The translations under genes and the position numbers were made by a program. A DNA stretch of 20,000 nucleotides from an uncultured virus (IMG/VR IMGVR_UViG_3300034375_008609) (Duplodnaviria > Heunggongvirae > Uroviricota > Caudoviricetes). Where the stretch lies: the IMG/VR virus record IMGVR_UViG_3300034375_008609; one strand, 5' to 3'. The notes under the pieces were generated by a model that did no database searches, had not been told where the DNA came from, and was given only the letters and a program-made list of their open reading frames with translations. Below are positions 1 to 9,400 of the stretch, piece after piece (position 1 is the stretch's first letter; each line of letters starts with the position of its first letter).

Positions 1-3000
1 GCTTGATCCTACAGCTACTTCTTCAATACTTACAATAAGTCTACGTTCTTCTGGTTCCCAACTATGCACAAATGCACTGTTGTTGTTTGCACCTGTTGTT
101 CCTTGAATTGCTCTACCAGGAACAAAATAATAGCTTTCAGATCCTGATTCGAGAATCAATGTTTGATATGTTTGGTGTGAACTTAAAATTTCTTCAACAT
201 AGAATTCTATAATGTCTGTTCTAAAAATATGTGTGCCACTATTTGTAGCATTTGTAAATAGATCTACTGGAAATTCTAAGCTGTCATCAAATGTTAAACT
301 GAATGTATTTTCATCTAACACATTAGCATAGTATGTTTGTTCGTCGTTTAAACCACCAATAGACGGATTTCCATTGTTATCGTAAATTAATTTTTCGCCG
401 TTTGTAAATCCATGTCCGGTAATAGTAAACACACCTGTGCCTAAATTAATATCTGTGGCCGCATTAAAGTTTGTTGTAGTAGGAGTTGGAATAAAGCTGT
501 TTGTTATATCGCCTTCACTTGTTACTTCTGCAGGTGATGGAATTTCTTCTGGAGCTCTAATTGCTTCACTTACAATATTAAATCTACCTTGGACAAAATC
601 TTCAATAGCAGTTGTAATTCCAGTTTTACCTGTAATCACTGCATTTGTATAAGTAGCAGCTTGTTGGATAGCTGCAATTGTTTGCAATTCTTCGCCTGCA
701 AATACACTTCTAGTTGAGTCTGCTAGGTTGGCAGTAAAGTAGCTTAAACCTGCACTACGAGAATATCTATTACCTGTATCCCAAGTGTCTTTTGCTACTG
801 CATCAATAATTAATTTTGTATCACGTAAACATTTGCTTTGATCGTATGTAAAGTTATACCATTTTGCTGCATCAATACTTTCGTTAATATAACGTGTGAC
901 TCTTTGCGCAATGTTTGCTTGTCCAACTGCGTCTAATCTGATAAAGTCATCTTGTAATGTTTGTGATACACCTAATGCATTTAAATCAGGCTCAATTAGA
1001 GTTATATCAACTGTGCCATCTTGATCTAAATAGCCAACAATTTCTCCAATTCTTGCTTCAACAAAAGACTCTTCAGTTACAGTTGCTGGTGTTCCGCTAG
1101 TGTCTTGTGTTAAAACGTTTCCTGTTGAAACTGCTACTGCTGTTTCTGTAACAATTTCACCAACAACAATTTTTAACCTATTGTATGCTGCAATAGTTTC
1201 ATCTTTTTCACCTGACCCAAATTGTGCATTTGTTCCAACAAAATATTGTATAGCTGCATCTATAGTTTGTAAGTTACCATTAGTAGATAAGTCATACACA
1301 AGTGCATCAATAATCAAACCAACATCATTTTCACATTTTGCTGCGTTGTATGTAAACGTAGTTGAGAATGGAGCAGTTCCTGCTGAAACTTGACTTGCAA
1401 TCCATGCAGTAATTTCTTTTTTAATAAATTCTTTGTTTGCAATAAGTTGGTTTCTTGCATTTAATGCATTTGTATTAATTGCAGTTGGTAATACTCTAGC
1501 GTCTACTAAATCATCTCCAGCAACACTTGCACTACTTCCAGCATCTAATACTTCTACTATTTCGTCCCAAAGTGCATCAGATCTTGATTCAAAAGTTGCA
1601 TCTTGTATAATTTGTGCTGTAAATGTTTTAGCATTTTGGTAAGCATCAATATGTTGCTCTTTTTGAGTAGCAAAAAGAGTTGGATCAAATCTACCGTTGA
1701 AGTAAGTTAATACAGATGAAATAGTTCTAGCATTAGAATTTAATGCAGCGTCATATCTAATAGCATCTACTAATAGCCTTGTATCTCTTGCGCATTTTGC
1801 TTCGTTATAACTAAATCCTGCGTAGATACTTGGCGAGCCAGCTGCATTAGAAACTTGTAAGTTTACCCAATCAACTACATCTTGTGCAATTTCATCTCTT
1901 TTATTATCAATTAATAGTTTTGCAAATTTATAACCAGGATCTCTAAAACGCAAAACAAATTCTTCAACTGGAGCATCTCGATTTATACCCGTAATAGTAA
2001 TAGTTTGTTTACCTTCACTAGCACCAGTTGACACAACATGAGCACGGTCAAATTCAAATGCTTTAGGCGAATAGCCTGAACTTCGTAGCGCATATAAACC
2101 AAAGTTTGTAGCAGAGTTGGTAATAGAACAATATCCGCCTGATTGTGTATAAACACCATTGAGTAGGAAAATTTGGAAACAAGACACGATCTGTGCATAA
2201 GCATCGTTAAGTAGTCGCCAACCTGTGCCTCCAAATGAAAGCATGGTATATGCGTTAGCAACCATTGATTTACCTTGTTCAGGTATAGAACCAATGACTG
2301 GATTCTCAGCCTCAATATTGTAACGTGGAACGTTTGGAGATTCAACTAATGCACCGTCAATTTTAGCACCACTACCTCCTAAGAACGAAATAATTGAACA
2401 GTTCTGTGTATATGGAGAAGTAACAATTGTTGGTTTTGTATTTGGCAAGTTTGTATATTCAGCACGGTCAGTTACATCAGTAGCATTTGGATCGTCAAAC
2501 ACTGTAGCGTAATCCCATGTAATCAACGGAACTTGGTTATCATCAACCCCGTCTCTAAATGTAAATTCACCAAAGTAACATGCGTTACGAACACGTAGCA
2601 TGTCCAAGTTAGCATTTGCAGGACGGATAATACAACCACGCAAACCGTCACCTTTGATAACAACGTTATCAGGAACAATAACTGGGTTATCTTCTGTGTA
2701 GTCACCAACAGCAACTTTAATGTTTACTCTAGTTCCGTTGACTAAGCCGCTAGGGTTATAAACTAATGCGGAAGCAAGTTTACATGCTCTTTTAACAGTT
2801 TTTACCGGAGCACTCTGTCCGTCATTAGCGTCATCACCTTGTTCAGCAGAAACGTAGATAACGTTACCACCAAATACGTCAGCATCAGCAAATTCTAGTT
2901 GTCCGTTACCATCTGTTTTAAGTATTTGTCCAACAGTTCCATTGACAAGAGGCAGAGTCAAATTATAACTATTAGGCAAGTTGTAAGGTGCTTGAATACT

Positions 3001-3348
3001 AATACCATCTTCACCAGATGCAATACTTTCACGCCAAGTAATTTTACCAAAATCTTCCATGTCAAGGTCGTCTTTGATATTGAAGCCTGCGTTAGTGACT
3101 GTCATTTTTTCGTCGCCGTTGACAGTCATGCTGATTTCAGCACTTGCACTATCTAACAAGTCATCTACTCTAACTTCAGTATTTCCTTCAAAAATTCTTT
3201 TTGTGATATCTTGGACAGTGTTATCATCTCTAAGTAGATAAACTTTACCGTCTGCTGTATTGATGGCTAATTCGCCGGATTCAAGTTGTGCTACACTAGG
3301 TTGATTACCAGCGACCGCACTTCGCTTGTGTCTAATTGTTGTTGCCAT
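1..3348 (-). CDS. Giant virion/tail-fibre-like protein (>1116 aa, 3'-truncated): gp37-like N-terminus, beta-helix (pectin-lyase/DUF1565-like) domain, 3 phycobiliprotein-like CxRD repeats
   Basis: Absent from the ORF track because it runs off the window. Hand translation from ATG at 3348 (GGAGG SD upstream) gives MATTIRHKRSAVAGNQPSVAQLESGELAINTADGKVY..., resembling the T4 gp37 N-terminus (KRS..AG..P....L..GELAIN). It continues ...VIYVSAEQGDDANDGQSAPVKTVKRA...GDYTEDNPVIVPDNVVIKGDGLRGC...SPYTQNCS..., then KCARD, KCEND and KCLRD repeats, then GHGFTNGEKLIY..GGLNDEQTYY. I found no in-frame stop down to position 1. Confidence 0.9.
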   Translation of the reverse strand, partial: MATTIRHKRSAVAGNQPSVAQLESGELAINTADGKVYLLRDDNTVQDITKRIFEGNTEVRVDDLLDSASAEISMTVNGDEKMTVTNAGFNIKDDLDMEDFGKITWRESIASGEDGISIQAPYNLPNSYNLTLPLVNGTVGQILKTDGNGQLEFADADVFGGNVIYVSAEQGDDANDGQSAPVKTVKRACKLASALVYNPSGLVNGTRVNIKVAVGDYTEDNPVIVPDNVVIKGDGLRGCIIRPANANLDMLRVRNACYFGEFTFRDGVDDNQVPLITWDYATVFDDPNATDVTDRAEYTNLPNTKPTIVTSPYTQNCSIISFLGGSGAKIDGALVESPNVPRYNIEAENPVIGSIPEQGKSMVANAYTMLSFGGTGWRLLNDAYAQIVSCFQIFLLNGVYTQSGGYCSITNSATNFGLYALRSSGYSPKAFEFDRAHVVSTGASEGKQTITITGINRDAPVEEFVLRFRDPGYKFAKLLIDNKRDEIAQDVVDWVNLQVSNAAGSPSIYAGFSYNEAKCARDTRLLVDAIRYDAALNSNARTISSVLTYFNGRFDPTLFATQKEQHIDAYQNAKTFTAQIIQDATFESRSDALWDEIVEVLDAGSSASVAGDDLVDARVLPTAINTNALNARNQLIANKEFIKKEITAWIASQVSAGTAPFSTTFTYNAAKCENDVGLIIDALVYDLSTNGNLQTIDAAIQYFVGTNAQFGSGEKDETIAAYNRLKIVVGEIVTETAVAVSTGNVLTQDTSGTPATVTEESFVEARIGEIVGYLDQDGTVDITLIEPDLNALGVSQTLQDDFIRLDAVGQANIAQRVTRYINESIDAAKWYNFTYDQSKCLRDTKLIIDAVAKDTWDTGNRYSRSAGLSYFTANLADSTRSVFAGEELQTIAAIQQAATYTNAVITGKTGITTAIEDFVQGRFNIVSEAIRAPEEIPSPAEVTSEGDITNSFIPTPTTTNFNAATDINLGTGVFTITGHGFTNGEKLIYDNNGNPSIGGLNDEQTYYANVLDENTFSLTFDDSLEFPVDLFTNATNSGTHIFRTDIIEFYVEEILSSHQTYQTLILESGSESYYFVPGRAIQGTTGANNNSAFVHSWEPEERRLIVSIEEVAVGSS

Positions 3349-3422
3349 TATGGCTGCCTCCTATATAGGTAACGGGTCAGGTCCTAAGACGCCCAATTAA
3401 AAACGATAGAGATCGTTACTAC

Positions 3423-3430
3423 TATTTATG
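3423..3430 (-). promoter_or_regulatory. T4-type late promoter (CATAAATA)
   Basis: 7/8 match to the T4 gp55 late consensus TATAAATA, in the intergenic gap about 75 nt upstream of the ATG at 3348. Confidence 0.7.
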
Positions 3431-3454
3431 AAGGAAAGTAAAGTAGTAGCTTAA

Positions 3455-6400
3455 TTAAAAGCTACCACCGTCAATTGTGTCAGTCCAAACTGGAGTTGCA
3501 TCACTACCACTTGTTACAGTAAGAATTTGGAAACTGTTACTTGCGTCACTTGTTCCTGCTGCTGGAGTAACTTGAATTGGATTTTGTGCATTACCATACA
3601 AAATACCGTCTGTAGTAAATGTGCTTGCACCCGTGCCTCCGTATTGCACTTCAAGGTCGGTTACAAGTGTCAGTGTGCCTGCATCAAGATTTGTAACAAT
3701 AATTCTATTGTTAACAGCATCAAGCATTTCTGTGCTATCGTCTGCAAAAATACTACCTCTAAATCCTGCTGCGTCAAGTATACCAGTTACAAACAAGTCT
3801 TGATCGATTTGAACATTAGTTGTAAACGTGCTTGTTGTTTCACTTAGTCTAAGTTTTTCAACACTTGCACCTGCAATTCTTGTTGTAAACACCATGTCAA
3901 AATCTTCGTCACCAGTGGTAACATCAGTGCTTATAACATCTATTCTACCAGCAGTAACATAGTTGTTATTTGTAATTTCTTGTTCAAATGGTAGTCCTAT
4001 GCCTGCGCCAACTGCTGCACCGCCTGTTTGGTTATGGTGAGCAAGTATAATTGGATCAACTATGTTATCCGCAGCACTATCTGATTCGTTGCTAATAATT
4101 TTAAAGCTATCAGTTGTTCTAATAGTGTTAGCTGGAATAAAGATTTCATCTGTGGCTTTTTCAGTAAGTTGTAATACATCATTTTCGTTACCACTGATAT
4201 AACCTCTAACATGTAAGTTTCTTGCTATTCCTACACCGCCTGCTACTGTCACTGCACCAACATTGTATGCTGTGCTTTCAGTGGTGTTATCAAATTCTGT
4301 TAGAATTGAATCTTTAATACTTAATGTTGTTGGATCAAGTGTAATTCTCTCAACACCGTTTGTAAAGAATTCAAGTGTATCTTCGTCTGCGCCGGGTGAA
4401 GTTTCTGGACGAATAAATGTATCTTGATCTACATCTTTAACACCGCCTAATGTTCCCCAGTTAGCACCGTCATAACCTTCAAATGTCTCGTCTGTGGTAT
4501 TGAAACGTATTTGTCCAATTGCTGCTGTTGAGTCGGCTCCACGTTGTGCTGTTGTTCCTACTGGAATCTGTAGTGTGCCAACACTGTTGAATATTACAAT
4601 TTCACTGTTTACTTGGAATACACTGTCTGTTGACACAGCACCCATTGTAATAGTAGTTGCATCTCCAAATGCATTTACAGTTTGAACATTTGCATTCAGC
4701 AAGTTAAACGTATCAATTCGGTTTGTTGTAATATCACCACCGTCAACATTTAGATCTAAATCAATATCAACATTGTGTTTGATATTTGTAGTTCCGATAC
4801 CAACTGCACCAATTGTTAAGTTTGTAGTGCCGCCGGCAAAGTTTAATATGTTAGCATTGTCATTTAACAAATTAAACGTAGTGCTTGTAGTTGTAATATC
4901 GCCGCCGTCTACTGCAAGATCAGCATCAATTTCTACATTGCCTAATACAGTTCCACCTGTGAGTTTGTTGAGATATCTATTTTCAACATAGTTTACAACT
5001 GCAACTTGTGTTGGAACAGTGTTAATGTCGCTTGCACCTGTGCTTGCTCTCAAATCTGAACTGTTGCTAACTTCTTTAAGTTCAACACCAACTGGAATAC
5101 CAAAACGTTTAAATGGTCCAATACTTGCAATACCACTTAAACTAATTTCCTCTGCATTAAGTGTAATAGCACCAGTAAGTGCGTTTACGTTAAAGAAGTT
5201 ACCAACTCTAAAGTTACCAATTTGGTCAACTGTTCCGCCTGCAAATACTTTACCGTTGTCTGTTTCTGTAATTTCGTTTTCTGCTATAGCACTACCGCCA
5301 AAGAACGGAAGTGCGTTATAAGTAACGCCAGCACCTACATATTCAAAAGCATGTCCTGATGTTGAAACAGTTGAAACGTTTTGCATACTACCAAGTGTGT
5401 TTTCTGCAACATATGTGATTTGTGGAAATACATCAAGTTCTGCTACACCACCATATGTTAAGTTTAATAACCTTATTGCTTCATCTTCAATTGCTTGTGC
5501 GTCTGCTAATACTAATTCACGCTTTGCGTTTGCACTAGTTTCTGCATTTGCTGCATAATCATGGTCAATTTCATTTGGTAAAACTGGATATATGCCTTGA
5601 GATATAACTTCGGCTATCTTAGTAACATTGTTTTCAATTGACAGTGTTGCACTTGATGTTCCACCTGTTGGATTATAGGTTTGTGTCAAACTATTGTCGT
5701 CACTTGCTACAACTTTTTGGTTTTGGCCAATCTTGCTCATTATGCTTGCAAGATGTTTGTAAGCAAATTCTGTAACTCCTTCTTGGTCAGCGTTACTACC
5801 TGCTGTAGTAATACCTGCAAGAATTGTTCCTGTATAGTATGCTTCTCCTGCTCTGCGAGTTTGTTTGTTACCACCATACATCATATCGTAAAGTGCAGCA
5901 TCAATTATGTATTTTGTATCTCTTTCACACTTTGCAACATTGTAGCTAAATCCAATAATGTTATCTCTAATAAAGTCAATCACGCCTTGTTGTATTGTTG
6001 TATTTGCAGTTGAAAGTGCATCAAGTGCAATATTTGTTGACACTGTTACCCAACTTGTGTCAGGTTCTTGATCGTTTGGTGTGCTCAACAAGTTGCCTGC
6101 TGTAATAGCATCGATTGTAATGTTGAACAAGTTGTTAGAAGTTGTAGCTTCAGCACTTGTTCCATATGGTCCAACCAAAGACTGTGTTTCAGTGTTTCCT
6201 GCAGTTGGTGTTACTGTTATACCTTGAATTACTTGAGCAGCAACAGTTTTAACTCTTGTAATAGCATCAGCTGTTTCGTTTTCTTGTCCGTATACTTGAC
6301 TATCTCCGTTAAGGAAATAGCTTCTTGCAGTTGCCAACGAACTTACATTTCCTGTATACAATAGATCGTGTGTTGTTGATTCAACAAGATATCCAATATC

Positions 6401-9400
6401 TCTGCGACATTTAGCTTGATCATAACTAAATCCATTTTGATTTGTATTGATATAATCAATTACACCTTGGACTAAATCAGCACTAGAGCTGTCGCCAGTT
6501 GATTGTATTAAATCTCTGCTTGCAATTCTTGTGGAAGACGCACCTGTTTCGTCAACAGCAGTTTCAGTTGGCAATATTTCAAGTGTGTTTGCCCTAACTA
6601 CATCCTCTACAATAGTAGAAAGCACGTTGACTTGTGTAGCTTCGGTAGCACTTGCATTACCAGCACTTGTATTTTGTCCTGGATAAGTTCCAACAACAAT
6701 CTGTTGTAAAATTACCCCTAGCTGATTAAGTGCGTCTGCTGTGCCATCTCTTTGATCATATGGTAACACACTTGCACTGCCTTCAAAGTAAGATCTTGCA
6801 TTTTGAATACTTGCAAGGTTAGTGTTATACATAATATCATGACTTACTGCATCAACAATATATCCTGTGTCTCTTTCACATTTTGTTTGATCGTAAGTTA
6901 AATTTGGAAGATTTGTAGTAATCCAACTTATTAATTCACTTATAATAAATGTTCTATTATTTTGTAGTTGCAGTTGTGCATTATTTCTGTTTGCATTTCC
7001 AGAAGGATTAGGAAAACTCAATGCGTCTGCATTGCCTGTGCCGTTTTGTATAATGTCAATTATTTCATCAAATAATGCATTACAAATTGCAACACTTGCA
7101 CTATCTGATGCAATTAAATTAGCAACTTCGCCTTTTAAATGTGTAATTGCTGCAATTGTTTGTGTTATTTGATCGCTAATAACATATGCGCTCACTGCTC
7201 TGTAGTAAGACAATCCTGCTGTGATACTGTTATAATTTGACCCTGTAATTAAATCATTGCAAACTGCATCTAGAATTAATTGTGTATCTCTAGCACACTT
7301 TGCACTGTCGTATACAAAGTATTGATTGTTAATGTATGCAATTGCTTCTTCTTGCAAGAATGCTTTGTTTTCTTGTAGCTGTCTAGCTGCATCAATAAGT
7401 TCTTGACTTGCTGGCACTGGTGCTGGATATGTTTGTCCTTCACTTGGCAGTGTTTGGTATTCGAGTAGTGTTAATACAGTATCAAAACCGTCTGTTACTC
7501 TAGTTGTAGCAGTTGTGTCAGTAGTTGTATATGTGAGTGCTAAACGTTTTGCTTCTCTAATTGCAAGTATAGTTGCAGGCAATTGGTCATCTTTCACTGT
7601 AGATGCATTTGCTCTAATGTATGCTTGTCCTGCTACAATAGCATTATGGTTTGTGTTTAATCTTGCATCTCTTACTACCGCATCAATAATTAAACCTGTG
7701 TCACGTTTACATTTTTCTCTATCGTATGTAAAGTTTGGATAATTTGCAAGGATCCAAGTTGTTGATGCAGCGGCAAAGTTATCTTGTTGACCAAATATAG
7801 AACCAAATGCTGTTTGCAAGCTGGCGTCTGCCCAGTCAGTGACTGCTCTATTTGTAGCAGGTAAACTGTCAAGATTACCCGCAGTCAAAACATCGATAAT
7901 GATTTGTATTAAACTAGTTGCGCTGCCTACTTCTGTTGCACTTGCAGGGTCACCTGCTGTGTTTTGTATTTCGTTGTTTCCAGGACTTTTTGTTAATGCT
8001 GATTCTAAAAGAACGCCTGTTACAACACCTTGCAAATGTGTATATGCTTGTATTGTAGCAGTTGTTTCATCTGTGCTTCCTAATTGGCTTGAAGTTCCTA
8101 CAAAATAACTGGTTGCAGTTTGTCTTGTAGCACTATTGCCTTCATATAAAATGTCGTATATTAAAGCATCAACAATGTATCCAACGTCTCTTTCACATTT
8201 GTCAGCATCATATGTTAATGTTGGATTTTGTTGATTTACATAAGCTCTTACTTCTTTTTTAATAAAAGTTCTGTTTGCAATAAGCTGATTTCTTGCGTTT
8301 ATTCTGTTTGTAATTACACCAGTTGGTAATGGATATGTAATTGCATCAGCATTAGTGATATTACCAATTGTAATTTCTTTAATTACAGTATCTTGAATAG
8401 TTGTTTTTGCATTTTTCCAACTATTAACATCAGTTTGAATACCTGCTGCTGCCCATGTGTATGTTGGTTCAACAAGTGCTGGCATGCCGCTAACACTATT
8501 TGCTGTAATTACATCAGCAATAATTTTTACTAAACCTTCTGCATCATCTACTTCATCTGAACTTCCTAAATTTCCTGTAGTAGTTTGTCCAGGATAGTTT
8601 TCAATAACAATTTGACTTACAATATTACTTGCTAAGTTGTTATATGCAGCCGCAGTAATTGCTCTTTGACTTTCTGGTAGCTGGCTTGTTGTGCCTTCAA
8701 AATATGCATCTGCTGCTCTGCGGGTTGCAAAGTTGCCTCCGTATTGAATGTCAAAACTTATTGCATCTACAATGTATTTTGTATCTCTTGTGCATTTTAA
8801 TGTATCATAAACAAAAGTAGGATAATTAGCTGAAATCCACGCATTTACTTCGCTTGCAATAAAATCTCTGTTTGCTTGTAATAGAATTCTTGAATTTGTT
8901 GCGCTACCGTTTGTTCCTGGATCTGTCCAAGTAATAGTGTCTGCTGAAACATCTGTGCTGACTTGACCATTCTCTAAAATATCTAAAATTTCATCAAACG
9001 CTGCATCTGATCTTGCTTCAGCAGTCGCATTTGACATGTAAGTGCCAGTTGCAAGTGTTTTCATATATTGATAAGATGCTTTTGTCTGTTCAAACTGAGC
9101 ACTCAAAACGTATGCACTATTTGCACGTTGATATGATAATCCTGTAGTAACAGCATTGTAATTTGTTCCAAGTGCTACATCAAATGCAACACTATCAACA
9201 ATATAACCAACATCTCTTCTACAAGTAGCAGAGTTATAAGCTCTACCTGTAATAATGTCAATAACTTCGTCCCATGCTGCTGTGACTCGTGTTGTTGCTG
9301 TTGAATCAGCAGATACATCAGATAATGCTAATGTTAATCCTTTAAGGTAGTTGTAAGCAGCTACCGTTACAGTAGTTTGAGATCCTGTAGTTGAAGAAGT

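Noticed and set aside
1414..8300. Diversity-generating retroelement TR/VR pair
   Set aside because: The similar segments are short and both in-frame coding, the mismatches are not adenine-specific, and there is no reverse transcriptase in the window.
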